Positions 1 through 10,634 of a stretch of DNA of 64,000 nt are shown here, in pieces. Position 1 is the stretch's first letter, and every line of letters starts with the position of its first letter. A program made the translations under genes and the position numbers. The stretch comes from a candidate division FCPU426 bacterium. Lineage in GTDB: Bacteria; Oederibacteriota; Muellerivitia; Muellerivitales; Muellerivitaceae. The stretch spans positions 66,950-130,949 of the forward strand of contig CAWCKJ010000009.1 of NCBI GenBank assembly GCA_963796105.1. Reading direction: 5' to 3'. The notes below the pieces were generated by a model. The model had not been told where the DNA came from and made no database searches. It saw nothing but the letters and a program-made list of their open reading frames with translations.

Positions 1-1733
1 CGGACACGTTCGCGGGTGACTTTGAATGTATTACCAACTTCTTCCAATGTATGGGGATATCCGTCATTCAGACCAAATCGAAGGCGTAATACCTCCGCCT
101 CTCTTTCTTTCAGGGTTCCCAAGACCTTGGAAATCTGTTCCTGTAAGAGGACAAAGGCTGCAGCGTTGGCAGGGGAGATGACATCTTTATCCTCGATAAA
201 ATCCCCGAGGTGGCTGTCTTTTTCCTCCCCGATAGGTGTTTCCAGCGAAATGGGTTCCTGGGCAATCTTGAGGATCGCCCGGACCTTCTCAACTGGCATT
301 TCCAGTTTTTCCGCGATTTCGTCGGCCATCGGTTCCCGGCCCAGTTCCTGCACTAAATCCCTTGAAACCTTGATTGATTTGTTGATGGTTTCGATCATGT
401 GAACAGGGATACGGATGGTTCTGGCTTGGTCGGCAATGGCTCGTGTTATCGCTTGACGAATCCACCATGTTGCATAAGTTGAAAATTTATACCCCCTCCT
501 ATATTCAAACTTTTCAACCGCGCGCATGAGCCCAATGTTCCCTTCTTGAATCAGGTCTAAGAAAGGCAACCCGCGGTTTGTGTATTTCTTGGCGATGGAA
601 ATGACGAGGCGGAGATTGGCTTCCACCAGCTCCATCCTTGCCTGGTAGGCTTCCCTCTCGCCTACTCGTATGCTGCGCATCATGAACTTGATGTGTTCAC
701 GAGAGGCCATTGCCTCTTTTTCAAGTTTTTTAATGTGTCGCCGGGCCTCATCCCACCGGCAACATACAGAGACGAAATTCTCCCCCTTGAGAGCACTCTT
801 CTTTTCCAATGGCTTCAAGTCGGCATGGCCCCCATGCTTCAGGAGACAGGGCAGCTTGACGTAACTCTCGGGAGACAGCTTCAACTGTTTCTCCTGCATG
901 TGCATGACGTGTTCCTGTTCCTCAATGCTTTCACCATGGTCCCGCAATTTGCCAATAAGCCTTTCCTTCACCTTTTTCTGGAACTGGCAATCCTTGACCA
1001 GCCAGATGAGGTCGATTAGTTTTCCGTCCAACTGCTCTGCGATTTGTTTGCGGGCCTCTTGAGTCAGGGATCTTAAACCCACCTTATGCTGAAGGGCCTT
1101 AATATGACGTTCCAGTATTTTCAATTTGGATAGATTTTTCATGATTTTCGCCAGGATCTGTTTTTCGGGAATACACGGCATTTCCGCATAGGGATCGAGG
1201 TCGATAGTTTCCTGGAGGGTTTTCTTTTTTTTAACAATATCCGCAAACAAGGCATGCAATTCCTGGAATCCCAGTGCTGAACCCAGAACGGCCTTTTCCA
1301 CTTTGAACTCGCCGGCTTCAATTCGTTTTGCGATGGAAATTTCTTCTTCACGAGTCAACAGGGGTATGCGACCCATTTCATGCAGATACATCTTGACCGG
1401 GTCTCCCATGCGAGTTTCAACGCCGGCCGTCTCAAAAGTCTTCTCAAATTCCTCTCCGTCGTCCTCATCCTCATCTTTAACAATGGCGCCAGGAGGCGCC
1501 GCGCCCACTTCTTTCTCGTCGTCAGGAAGGGCCGCTGTTTTTTCCTCTTGGTCGACGATTTTGATGTCGTTTTCGCCCAGCATCAACAGAATGTCATCGA
1601 TCTCCTCGGAGGAAACAACCTCGTCGGGGAGGATGTCGTTCACCTGTTTATAGGTGATATATCCTTTTTCTTTTCCCACTTCCAAGATTTTGTTGACGTG
1701 GTCCGATTTCGTTTTCTCGGGCGCTTGCTTCAT
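1..1733 (-). CDS. rpoD: RNA polymerase primary sigma factor RpoD (3' end truncated by window edge)
   Basis: Translated by hand from ATG at 1733, which overlaps the dnaG stop (ATGA). Region 1.1 [27 protein letters not shown]; region 1.2 [22 protein letters not shown]; region 2 [75 protein letters not shown]; region 4 [15 protein letters not shown] at the edge. Missing from the ORF track because the stop lies outside the window. Confidence 0.98.
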   Translation of the reverse strand, partial: MKQAPEKTKSDHVNKILEVGKEKGYITYKQVNDILPDEVVSSEEIDDILLMLGENDIKIVDQEEKTAALPDDEKEVGAAPPGAIVKDEDEDDGEEFEKTFETAGVETRMGDPVKMYLHEMGRIPLLTREEEISIAKRIEAGEFKVEKAVLGSALGFQELHALFADIVKKKKTLQETIDLDPYAEMPCIPEKQILAKIMKNLSKLKILERHIKALQHKVGLRSLTQEARKQIAEQLDGKLIDLIWLVKDCQFQKKVKERLIGKLRDHGESIEEQEHVMHMQEKQLKLSPESYVKLPCLLKHGGHADLKPLEKKSALKGENFVSVCCRWDEARRHIKKLEKEAMASREHIKFMMRSIRVGEREAYQARMELVEANLRLVISIAKKYTNRGLPFLDLIQEGNIGLMRAVEKFEYRRGYKFSTYATWWIRQAITRAIADQARTIRIPVHMIETINKSIKVSRDLVQELGREPMADEIAEKLEMPVEKVRAILKIAQEPISLETPIGEEKDSHLGDFIEDKDVISPANAAAFVLLQEQISKVLGTLKEREAEVLRLRFGLNDGYPHTLEEVGNTFKVTRERV

Positions 1734-3529
1734 TTAAGTTCCACCTCTTGGGAAAATTGCTTCTTTAAAGCAACTAATTTTTGAGCCAACTCCAGGGATT
1801 TATTCATATCCCCGACTTTTTCCGCCTCAGACTGCAAAATCTTCAATTCTTCCATCCGGCGTTTCAAGTAGTTTTTTTGCAAAGCAGATGCCAAATCCGC
1901 CAACATGGCAGCCCGTATGCGTTTCCCGGGCAAAATTTCCAGGCGAATAAAAGATCCGGTAAGCTCGGGCAATCGTCCCAAAGACGAAACCGGGATTTCC
2001 CCGGCACACAACTGTTCAAACAACCGCCTGAAGTTTTCTCGAGTAAAAACTTCAGGCGAAAGTTCGTCTTTGGCCCAGGGGATAAAATCACCCTCAGCTT
2101 CGGTCAAAAGCGACAAAAAATCCGACTCAATCCTGCTATCTATTGATTCCAATTCCGAATTGGAACCGGATTTATTTCCGCCTTTTAGGACTTGCGGCTC
2201 ACTCTGTCCCCTTCCCAGTTCGGATTTTCCTTTCTTGCGTTCGGCGTTCACAATGGTCAAAAGGTCTCGGTTATCAAGTACCCACGCGGATCCAACCGCC
2301 GCGCAAGCGGCTTGTATCGAGGCTTCTGACGGCATTTGAAGAATAAAGGGCACAAACTCCTGGAACTTTCTAAGTCTCTCTTCCACTGCAGCATTCGGCG
2401 TTTTCCTTTTTATTGAGTCTGCCCACCAACGGGCAAAATCCGGGGCATTCTCCAACAAAAATGAAAATTCCTGCTTAGGATGCCGCCGAAGAAACTCGTC
2501 GGGGTCTTTGCTATCGGGCATCACAAGAACCTTCACGTTCAATCCTGCTGAAAGAAGTGGTTCCCATCCCCTTAAAATCGCCGCCTGGCCCGCATCATCC
2601 GCATCATATGAAAAGACAACATTTAATGTGTACCGTTTCAGAATTCTTCCGTGCTGTTGAGTCAGCGCAGTCCCTAACGTGGCAACTGTATTTTCAAAAC
2701 CGTGATGGTGAAGAGCTAGCGCGTCAAAATAACCCTCCACCAGTAAAACACACCCTTTTCGCCTGATGGCTTCACGTGCTTTATCCAGTAAATATAGATT
2801 TTCACCCTTTTTAAAAAGAAGAGTTTCTGGCGAATTAAGGTATTTAGGCTCCGTATCGTCGTTTAACGTTCGCCCGCCAAAAGCAATAATTTTATCATAA
2901 TTATTCTTGACCGGAAAGATGAGCCTATTTCTAAATTTATCATAAAAGCTTTTATTTTCTTCGTTATGAACAATCAACCCCGCTTGAAGAAGTTCCTCTT
3001 GTGAAAACCTCTCTTTTTGGCCGGCATTTTTCAAGTTATCCCAACCAGGAGGAGCATATCCAATCAGGAATTTTAAAGCATCTTCCTTCGCGAATCCTCT
3101 TTTTTTGAAATACTCCCGAGCCACCAGGCCATCGGAAGAAAGAAGGCGCTCCTGAAAAAATCTCGAGGCAAATTCGTTAATTTGAATCATCCGTTCCCTT
3201 TGCCGTCCGACCTCCTGGTCCTCAATATTTGACTCTAGTTTCGGCAATACAATTCCCGCTTTGTCCGCTAAGAGTCGTAGGGTTTCTGGAAAAGAAATTT
3301 TCTCCATTTCCATAATAAAGGTGATGGCATTGCCGCCTTTGCCGCACCCAAAACAGTGGAAACTATTTCTGGAAGGGGAGACAATGAAACTCGGTGTTTT
3401 TTCATTATGAAACGGACAAAGACCCTTATAGCTGGCTCCTGCCTTCTTGAGTTTGACATGTTCCCCGACCACCGCCACGATGTCGGTGGAATCTTTTACT
3501 CGCTGGATAATGTCGTCGGAATACTTCAT
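1730..3529 (-). CDS. dnaG: DNA primase
   Basis: CHC2 zinc finger ([11 protein letters not shown]...CFGC), [20 protein letters not shown] and YDADDAG; directly upstream of rpoD. Confidence 0.98.
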   Translation of the reverse strand: MKYSDDIIQRVKDSTDIVAVVGEHVKLKKAGASYKGLCPFHNEKTPSFIVSPSRNSFHCFGCGKGGNAITFIMEMEKISFPETLRLLADKAGIVLPKLESNIEDQEVGRQRERMIQINEFASRFFQERLLSSDGLVAREYFKKRGFAKEDALKFLIGYAPPGWDNLKNAGQKERFSQEELLQAGLIVHNEENKSFYDKFRNRLIFPVKNNYDKIIAFGGRTLNDDTEPKYLNSPETLLFKKGENLYLLDKAREAIRRKGCVLLVEGYFDALALHHHGFENTVATLGTALTQQHGRILKRYTLNVVFSYDADDAGQAAILRGWEPLLSAGLNVKVLVMPDSKDPDEFLRRHPKQEFSFLLENAPDFARWWADSIKRKTPNAAVEERLRKFQEFVPFILQMPSEASIQAACAAVGSAWVLDNRDLLTIVNAERKKGKSELGRGQSEPQVLKGGNKSGSNSELESIDSRIESDFLSLLTEAEGDFIPWAKDELSPEVFTRENFRRLFEQLCAGEIPVSSLGRLPELTGSFIRLEILPGKRIRAAMLADLASALQKNYLKRRMEELKILQSEAEKVGDMNKSLELAQKLVALKKQFSQEVELK

Positions 3530-3554
3530 AGAACCTCTGAGAAAAGGACAGCTA

Positions 3555-6086
3555 TTAATTTTTCTTGAATTTTACCACGGTAACTCCCGCGCCGCCTTGA
3601 GCTTGCTCGGCTAGGGTGAAATCAACATTCGGATGAGCGGTTGGTAAATGTTTATGGATAGCTTCTTTCAGCGCTCCCGTTCCTTTTCCATGAATAATCC
3701 GGACAAAAGGCAGGTTTACCAATAACGCGTCATCGAGAAACTTGTCGATCAATGGCAATGCCTGGTCCACCAATTTCCCACGCAAATCCAAGTCGAGATT
3801 TCCTTTCTCATCTACCCCGCCGGGAATCAGGCTCCCTCCATTCATTGTCGGAGGCGCATGGTAAAGCTTTGGTTTCTCATCTTTCACAACTTTACCTAAG
3901 TCCGAATACTTGCAAGAAAGCTTAAGTCCGTTGCCCATGAGGATTACCGCATCTTCTTTTTCATCGTCGGCAGATACAACTTTGACTTCGGCATTGCCCG
4001 ACTTAAAGAATACGGACTCTCCTTCCCTCAATTCTCGGATTTCGGAGTACTTTTTCGTGGGAAGCGGTACTATATTCCTGAGTTTCCTGTTTATTTCCTG
4101 CCGAGCGTTTTTTATTTTATCCCGATCCACGGGTGTGCCTTTTGGTTTTTCCACTCCCTGGATCAGATGTTCCATTTTCCTCCGGGCGTTTTTTATCAAT
4201 CCCTCCGCCTCAATTTGAGCCTCTTTTTTGATCCTGCGCGCCTCGTCTTTGATCTGTCGCCGCGCGACCAAAAGCTCGGCTTCCATTTTCCTCACATTTC
4301 CTAGGGTTTTTTCGGCTTCCCGCCGGGCTTTTTCAAGGTTTTGCTTTTCCCCACCTAATTTGGTCAGTATTTCCGCAAGATCAACTTCACCGGCAGGAAG
4401 ATGTGCTTTCGCTTTTTCGAGGATATCTTCTGGAAATCCCAAATTGCTTGCCAAAGCCAAGGCATAGGACCGACCGGGAATTCCGGAAACCAGTTGGTAT
4501 GTTGGTTGTCCAGTAACCTCATCAAACAACATGGCAGCATTGGCCATTCCCGTCTCTTCCTGGGTCAAGAGTTTCAAAAGAGGCTGGTGGGTGTTGGCCA
4601 TGACCCACGCGCCTCTTTCCCGGAAAGTTTCCAGGCATGCTAAGCCCAGGGCGCCCCCCTCACGGGGATCGGTACCAGCGCCAAGCTCATCCAAAAGAAA
4701 CAGGCTGTTTATAGTTTCCTCCCCATCGTCTCCTGAAAGCCGTGAATGGTCTAACATGCGTTTAAGGGCCATGAGTTTGGCCGCATAAGCGCTCAAATGA
4801 TCCTGTAAACTCTGGCCGTCTTTTAGATCTGAATCAAAATACCTGATCAACGGGAGTGTGCTTTCATTGCCCGCGATTACCGGTAAACCCGACTGCGCCA
4901 TCAAACAAACCAACCCCAAGGTTTTCAGGGCCACGGTTTTACCTCCCGCGTTCGGTCCGGAAACCAAGACAACGCGAACCCCTTCTTTGAATTCAATATC
5001 CAGGGGAATGACTTTTTCCCTGAACTTCTTCCCGGCTTCCATTGATAACAATGGATGACGTCCTGCCTTGAGAACCAAGGCATGGCCCGGATAAGGTTCA
5101 ATAAACTGAGCATCATACCGGGATGCGAATATGGCCAAAGCGCCATGGGCGTCAATTTCAGCGCTCGCGATCAGGGTTTCTTCGATTTTTTCCCCGAATT
5201 CCAAAACCCCTTGAGTGAGTTCCCTCAATATCTTGCGAACTTCCTCGTTCTCTTGTAAAAGAGCCTCTTTAATCCTGTTGTTGCTCTCAACAGCCCCCTC
5301 CGGTTCTATAAAAAGAGTGGCTCCGGAAGCAGAAACTCCGTGAACAAATCCGGGAACCTGGTTTTGGTGGTCCCTCCTTACAGGAATTACCAATCTCCCT
5401 TCTCTCTCTGTGATAATTCGATCCTGGAAAATGCTTTCCGCCTCTTGCTGCCGAAGAAGTTCCTGATATGTATTTTGAACTTCCGAACGCAAAGTCCTGA
5501 TTCTATCCCTCAGGTTCTTCAACTCAGGTGAAGCCGTATCTTGAATATCACCTCGGTCTGTCAATTGAGTTTGAAGCTTATCTTTTAATTCCGGAAGGCT
5601 GTGAAGTCGATCAAGCCATCCCTGAAAAACTCCTGTAACCGTATTTTCCACTGAGGTATCTCTTATCGTTTCTGCTTTTTCCGAGGGTTCCGTTAATGTC
5701 GAGCTGGAGTTCTGGCCCACTTGAACTGGTTGAGGCAAGTAATCCTGTTTGGAAAAATATTGCCTCAAACGCACCACATCCCTTAGAAATTTTAATAAAG
5801 CCGTCAATTCTTTCCCGGAAAAAGCTTCCCCTTTTTCCCTGGCATTTCCAAAAGCCTCAATGAATCTTTGTGGATCGGGGATGGAAGGAATAGCCTGTTT
5901 AAGGATTTGCTTTTCCAGTTCTCTTGTTTTCCCCAAACGCTCTTCTATAGCGAGGGTTTCGCCTAGAGGTCGCAACATCCTCAAATAATCCCTGCCGGAA
6001 GGCGTTTGACAATCTTTTGTTAAAATATCCAACAGCCTGGGAAATTCGACAGCTTCCAGAAAATTTTGGTTTATTTCGATTTTCAA
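3555..6086 (-). CDS. mutS2: Endonuclease MutS2 / ribosome-collision factor family
   Basis: GFVHGVSASGATLFIEP, Walker A SGPNAGGKT, LLDELGAGTDP, coiled coil, C-terminal Smr domain (LDLRG...IIHGKGTGALK). Confidence 0.95.
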   Translation of the reverse strand: MKIEINQNFLEAVEFPRLLDILTKDCQTPSGRDYLRMLRPLGETLAIEERLGKTRELEKQILKQAIPSIPDPQRFIEAFGNAREKGEAFSGKELTALLKFLRDVVRLRQYFSKQDYLPQPVQVGQNSSSTLTEPSEKAETIRDTSVENTVTGVFQGWLDRLHSLPELKDKLQTQLTDRGDIQDTASPELKNLRDRIRTLRSEVQNTYQELLRQQEAESIFQDRIITEREGRLVIPVRRDHQNQVPGFVHGVSASGATLFIEPEGAVESNNRIKEALLQENEEVRKILRELTQGVLEFGEKIEETLIASAEIDAHGALAIFASRYDAQFIEPYPGHALVLKAGRHPLLSMEAGKKFREKVIPLDIEFKEGVRVVLVSGPNAGGKTVALKTLGLVCLMAQSGLPVIAGNESTLPLIRYFDSDLKDGQSLQDHLSAYAAKLMALKRMLDHSRLSGDDGEETINSLFLLDELGAGTDPREGGALGLACLETFRERGAWVMANTHQPLLKLLTQEETGMANAAMLFDEVTGQPTYQLVSGIPGRSYALALASNLGFPEDILEKAKAHLPAGEVDLAEILTKLGGEKQNLEKARREAEKTLGNVRKMEAELLVARRQIKDEARRIKKEAQIEAEGLIKNARRKMEHLIQGVEKPKGTPVDRDKIKNARQEINRKLRNIVPLPTKKYSEIRELREGESVFFKSGNAEVKVVSADDEKEDAVILMGNGLKLSCKYSDLGKVVKDEKPKLYHAPPTMNGGSLIPGGVDEKGNLDLDLRGKLVDQALPLIDKFLDDALLVNLPFVRIIHGKGTGALKEAIHKHLPTAHPNVDFTLAEQAQGGAGVTVVKFKKN

Positions 6087-6394
6087 TTTTTATTCCTTCA
6101 ATTTATTTAGTTGAACCAATTTTTTATGAAAAAGATCATAAAATCTGATGTCCGAAGCTTCTTCTTGGCTTCCATTAGTTTGAGTATTTTAGCGCCGGGT
6201 TCCTCATGGGCAATCCAGTCCATATCATAGACTAAGCCCGGCCGAAGAACCTTTCAGCCACCCGAAAAATGCCCTTTTAAACCTTTCAAATGCGGATGAA
6301 AAAAAGGTGTGACATTTCCACTTTTACCCCCAATTTCAAGCGGGTCTTTTTTCTAACCTTTGAAACCGATGAAATTATTTTTCGCCTTTTTCTT

Positions 6395-7000
6395 TCAGCC
6401 TTTGGCGGGATAGCCCCTTCCTGCCTTAACGGATAAATATGGATTTTCTAACAAATAAAACCGCAAGGGTAATTTCCAACCCTCTGTAATACCAATTCTT
6501 GTCGTAATTCCGATTTTTTCGGTTCTTTTTGCCTTTTTCACATAAAGAGGTTTTTTCCAAATCGGAGTACGGTTATGTTTCCTTTCGATTCCGAGGGCTT
6601 GAACCAGTTTTCCCGGGCCATTCGTCAGGTTCAGGGATTTTGGAGGCAATCCCCCCCGCCGATAGCACATCAGTTCAATCCCCATCATTGGTTCCAGAGC
6701 CCGGATCAAAACAGCCCCAGGAACTCCCTCCTTCTCCGTCACGATATTGAATAAGAAATGGTTTCCGTAGCAGAAATAAACATAGGCGTGACCAGGCGGT
6801 CCGAACATCACGGAGTTTCGGGGAGTGCGGCCCCGGGCAGCATGGCACCCGGGATCTTTGCGGGGAAGATAAGCTTCGACTTCAACAATTCTGCCGGCAG
6901 ACGTGCCGTCTGGACTTTCATGAACCAGGATTTGACCTAGTAGTTCTCGAGCGACAAGAACAGTACGGCGGGAGTAAAATGGCTTTGTAAGAATCATCAT
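6395..7000 (-). CDS. mpg: DNA-3-methyladenine glycosylase (MPG/AAG family)
   Basis: VARELLG, GRIVEVEAY, MFGPPGHAYVY, GAVLIRALEP, TNGPGKL, RIGI motifs. Confidence 0.93.
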   Translation of the reverse strand: MMILTKPFYSRRTVLVARELLGQILVHESPDGTSAGRIVEVEAYLPRKDPGCHAARGRTPRNSVMFGPPGHAYVYFCYGNHFLFNIVTEKEGVPGAVLIRALEPMMGIELMCYRRGGLPPKSLNLTNGPGKLVQALGIERKHNRTPIWKKPLYVKKAKRTEKIGITTRIGITEGWKLPLRFYLLENPYLSVKAGRGYPAKG

Positions 7001-7077
7001 GCTCTCAATGGACGGTCGCCCGAAGACGAACCAACCTAGTATTTAACCTTGAGCGAATTCTTCCGCCCCAGGAATTT

Positions 7078-7530
7078 TTATGCGCCTAATTTGGCCTTGA
7101 CTTGACTGCTAACCTTGGCCATATCGGCTTTTCCCTTGATTTTAGGATTAAGCCAGCCCATCACTTTACCCATGTCTTTAGGCCCCGCAGCACCGGTCGA
7201 TTTCAATGCTTCCTCGATCAAATGGACGAGTTCTTCATCGCCCAAAGCCGCCGGAAGAAATTTTTCAATCAATGTCAATTCATCTTTTTCCTTTGCAGCG
7301 CTTTCCGTCCTTCCACCCTTATTAAAACCCTCGATGGATTCCTTGCGCTGTTTAGCCTGTTTGGCAAGAACTTCTATGACATCCTCATCTGTCAATTCAC
7401 GCCTCAGGTCCACTTCTTTGTACTTAATGGCAGATTTCAACATGCGAAGGGCTGAAACAACAGCTTCATTCCTTGCCTTCATGGCAGTCACAAGGTCGGA
7501 ATTTATCTTATCTAGAATTGCGGATGCCAT
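7078..7530 (-). CDS. GatB/YqeY domain protein
   Basis: DLVTAMKAR, LRMLKSAI, KQRKESI, KDMGKVM, GKAD motifs; usual position downstream of rpsU. Confidence 0.93.
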   Translation of the reverse strand: MASAILDKINSDLVTAMKARNEAVVSALRMLKSAIKYKEVDLRRELTDEDVIEVLAKQAKQRKESIEGFNKGGRTESAAKEKDELTLIEKFLPAALGDEELVHLIEEALKSTGAAGPKDMGKVMGWLNPKIKGKADMAKVSSQVKAKLGA

Positions 7531-7610
7531 TATTCCTCCAACTATAGGGAAAACAAGTACAAGCCGTAAACTGGTTTTATGTTAAGAATATCTAGGTGTA
7601 AATCGAGATA

Positions 7611-7646
7611 TTTAAAAGGGCCGGATTTTGAACCGGCCCCTTTAAA
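7611..7646 (-). terminator. Hairpin downstream of rpsU, possible intrinsic terminator
   Basis: TTTAAAAGGGCCGG...CCGGCCCCTTTAAA inverted repeat immediately after the rpsU stop. Confidence 0.6.
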
Positions 7647-7650
7647 CCAC

Positions 7651-7851
7651 TTAATCGTTTCGAAACTTCATCGCTCGGCGACGCGCTTTTTTGCGGGCTG
7701 CCGCCTCACGCTTTTTCCTTCTTTCGCTGGGTTTCTCATAGAACTCCCGTTTTTTCATTTCCGAGATGAGTCCCGAATTCTGGACGACTTTTTTGAAACG
7801 CTTCAGGGCGTTTTCAATAGGCTCATTTTCTTCTAATCTGACTTCGACCAC
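7651..7851 (-). CDS. rpsU: 30S ribosomal protein bS21
   Basis: ENEPIENALKRFKK...KKREFYEKPSERRKK; GTG start. Confidence 0.97.
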   Translation of the reverse strand: MVEVRLEENEPIENALKRFKKVVQNSGLISEMKKREFYEKPSERRKKREAAARKKARRRAMKFRND

Positions 7852-7913
7852 GTGGTCACTCTCCCCTCTATGGGTGGGATATCTTCTCGGCTTAATGGCC
7901 GAAAGAGGAGAGG

Positions 7914-7942
7914 AGTTTAATAGTTTAGGAGGGAACCGTCAA
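7914..7942 (-). promoter_or_regulatory. Sigma70-type promoter of rpsU
   Basis: Minus strand TTGACG-17 nt-TAAACT, about 60 nt upstream of the rpsU start. Confidence 0.7.
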
Positions 7943-8035
7943 GCAAGAGCTAAATCGCATGTTTTAGGGGGTTTCAGGATAAAATTCTTGCAAAAAAGCA
8001 GTTTCCAGCTTAACGCAATTTTTATAACTCCTTGA

Positions 8036-8380
8036 TCAACCAGGTGGCCATTGAAGCTCCCGCCCTCCTAAAAGATGCATGTGGAGATGTGGTATTGCTT
8101 GACCCCCATTCACCCCGCTATTCGTGATGAGACGGAAACCATCTTTGGCAACTCCAAGTTTATCAGCAATTTTCACGGCTCTGTTAGTCAGGATGGAAAC
8201 GATCGGATCACCCTCCTCGATCTCGCTGACGGAATCAACGTGTTTTTTGGGTATCAAGACAATGTGAATGGGAGCTTGGGGTTGAATATCGTAAAACGCC
8301 AATGTTTCTTCATCCTCGAAAACGATGCGAGGCGAGATTTCCTTCCTGACGAACCTGCAAAAAAGACAGTCTTGTATCAA
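8036..8380 (-). CDS. Histidine triad (HIT/HinT) nucleotide-binding protein
   Basis: DCLFC, DIQPQAPIHIVLIPK, GQAIPHLHMHLLGGR, WPPG C-terminus. Confidence 0.95.
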   Translation of the reverse strand: MIQDCLFCRFVRKEISPRIVFEDEETLAFYDIQPQAPIHIVLIPKKHVDSVSEIEEGDPIVSILTNRAVKIADKLGVAKDGFRLITNSGVNGGQAIPHLHMHLLGGRELQWPPG

Positions 8381-8393
8381 TTTTCCACCCGGC

Positions 8394-9017
8394 CTAATGA
8401 AATAGATAAACCGTTAAATCCTCGCCTGGCAAATAGCCGTCCAATATTTTATATTTTCCCTCGGACCAAAGATGGACTTTATCATCCAAAACCATCGGAT
8501 CAGCGTAAAAAAGATCATCATCCTTCCATGGACAATTCGCGTTGAGGATATTAAAAGCCACTCCCTTATTTGAGATTAGCATGGCTTTTTTTATCATTTG
8601 CTCAACCCATGCCCAGTTATCCTTTACCTTATGGTTAAAAATCCCGCTGATTAAAACATAATCACATTTTCGCCCAGGAAATGAAGAAAGAATGTCTTTT
8701 TTTTCAAAGATAACCCCAGGATAACGACGTCGAGCCGCTCTGACCATTAGACCCAAAGTATCAAATCCTATGTATTCTCCCTGCCAACCTTGGGATTTCA
8801 AATAACCATAAAGACATCCCAAACCGCAGCCAACATCCATGATGCATTTTCCATTCAAATCTCCGATTCCTGTCAAAAGGCGAAAACGAATTTCCTGGTT
8901 TTGCCTTGAACGCCATCCCACCCTGTTCTCGGGCAAGTCGTATTGAAATGCGCGCATCAAATAAAAAAACCAAAGATAAATTTTATTGTAAAAACTCAGG
9001 GGCTTTGTGGCGGACAT
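8394..9017 (-). CDS. Class I SAM-dependent methyltransferase
   Basis: IMDVGCGLG motif I, DYVLISGIFN, GVAFN. Confidence 0.85.
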   Translation of the reverse strand: MSATKPLSFYNKIYLWFFYLMRAFQYDLPENRVGWRSRQNQEIRFRLLTGIGDLNGKCIMDVGCGLGCLYGYLKSQGWQGEYIGFDTLGLMVRAARRRYPGVIFEKKDILSSFPGRKCDYVLISGIFNHKVKDNWAWVEQMIKKAMLISNKGVAFNILNANCPWKDDDLFYADPMVLDDKVHLWSEGKYKILDGYLPGEDLTVYLFH

Positions 9018-9113
9018 GGTTAAACTTTAACATGAATTATGCGAAGGTAATAACTGGAATTTCGTCGCGATTCGAACATTAAGCGCTCAGGGTTGAGTTT
9101 TTAAAAGCATTGT

Positions 9114-10454
9114 TTATTGGGTAACTTCCGCCTTTACCTGTCCATCTTTCGCGCCCATGACCTTTACCGTGATATCTTTCCCCAATTGATTTCCTTCCCT
9201 TGGAAAATAAACTCTCAAACCGTTATTTGTCAGTCCGGAATAGGATTGATCGTCATGTTTTTCAACGATGACACGGAAAGTTTTGCGCAATGCCTGTGAC
9301 GCCAAATTTATAAGGCATTCCTTTCGAAGGGCTTTCAGTCGTTTCATTCGATCATGAATCAAGGAATCGCTCACTTTAGGCTCTAGCTTGTCGCCGATCG
9401 TTCCAGGCCGATCTGAATAAGGAAAAGGGTGAAAGTCCGAAAATTTCAATTCACTTATGAAATTTAAAGTATTCTGGAAATTCTCTTCCGTTTCCCCTGG
9501 AAAACCCGCGATCACATCGGTGGTGAGACCAAGAGAGGGTGCCACAGCTCGGACTTTTTCAACTGTTCGGCGAAAATTCTCAAGTGTGTAAGGCCGCCGC
9601 ATCACTTTCAATAGGGCCGGATCCCCGCTTTGGAGCGGCAGGTGGAGATGAGGACAAAAGCCCTTGTCCTCTTTCCATAAGTCAAGGAGGGCGTCCTCAA
9701 AATCCGCCACTCCATAGGAGGACAAGCGAATCCTTTGAATACCTTTGATTCCTAATAGTCCTTTGATAACCGGGGCCAATCGGGGCTCGGACGTCTTGTA
9801 CCCCCAATCCCGTCCGTAGGAAGATAACTGGATGCCCGTTAAAACTAATTCTTTGGTTCCACAATCCGAGAGCCTTTTCCCCTCGGCCAGGATTTCATCC
9901 TTGGGCCGGGAAATGACTTTTCCTCTAACCCTGGGAACCAGACAGAATGAACAGCCAAAATTGCAACCTTCCTGTACCTTTACAATGGCCCTTTGGTGCT
10001 CGTCAAAACGGGTGATCCCCAACCCCCAGGGGATGCTCCCGAAGCCATTGAAATATTCCGGATGGGGGGTAATGAGCTCGGGTTTTGGATAGGCTTCAAG
10101 GATTTTTCGAAGAAATGCTGGTTTTCCATCATTGCCAATCACTAAATTTACACCCACTTGAGAGGCGACTTCTTCAGGCCGGTCCTGCGCCAGACAACCG
10201 GTCACCACAACGAACGAATCGGGATTTTGGGCCTTCGCACGTCGGATCAGCATTCTTCCCTCGGAATCCGCCGCCGCAGTCACGGTGCAGGTATTGATAA
10301 CATAAATATCAGCTATTTCCCCAAAGGGAATTGGGACTAGATTGGTCCTTTCCAATTGTTCTTTCATAGCTTGGGTGTCGTATTGGTTTACCCGGCAACC
10401 CAAAGTTGTAAAGGCTATGGTGGTTGAATGGTGGGTCATGAGTGTTTTACTCAT
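9114..10454 (-). CDS. mtaB: Radical SAM methylthiotransferase, MtaB-type (MiaB/RimO family)
   Basis: TLGCRVNQYD, INTCTVT, VTGC, KVQEGCNFGCSFC (CxxxCxxC), HLHLPLQSG, TDVIAGFPGETEE, HPFPYSDRPGT, TRAM domain. Confidence 0.88.
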   Translation of the reverse strand: MSKTLMTHHSTTIAFTTLGCRVNQYDTQAMKEQLERTNLVPIPFGEIADIYVINTCTVTAAADSEGRMLIRRAKAQNPDSFVVVTGCLAQDRPEEVASQVGVNLVIGNDGKPAFLRKILEAYPKPELITPHPEYFNGFGSIPWGLGITRFDEHQRAIVKVQEGCNFGCSFCLVPRVRGKVISRPKDEILAEGKRLSDCGTKELVLTGIQLSSYGRDWGYKTSEPRLAPVIKGLLGIKGIQRIRLSSYGVADFEDALLDLWKEDKGFCPHLHLPLQSGDPALLKVMRRPYTLENFRRTVEKVRAVAPSLGLTTDVIAGFPGETEENFQNTLNFISELKFSDFHPFPYSDRPGTIGDKLEPKVSDSLIHDRMKRLKALRKECLINLASQALRKTFRVIVEKHDDQSYSGLTNNGLRVYFPREGNQLGKDITVKVMGAKDGQVKAEVTQ

Positions 10455-10581
10455 TTTATCCAGATCTTGTTGGGGATTTCCAGGCGTACCGGAAAAAAGA
10501 GAGCGAAAATGCTATCCATGAACAAATCGTCCATAACGGGTGAGGTGAATAGGTACGTCTTAGGATTAATAAGGAAGAAAT

Positions 10582-10610
10582 AAAAAAAACGGGGGCCGTA
10601 GGCCCCCGTT
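10582..10610 (-). terminator. Rho-independent terminator
   Basis: AACGGGGGCC-GTA-GGCCCCCGTT stem with an A run on + (U tail on -), about 25 nt downstream of the 10635..12203 stop. Confidence 0.85.
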
Positions 10611-10634
10611 CACATGTTCTTTTTAAACCGGGTT

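Noticed and set aside
5630..5740. Intein or element in mutS2 (QVGQNSSSTLTEPSEKAETIRDTSVENT)
   Set aside because: Short low-complexity loop with no intein motifs or inverted repeats.
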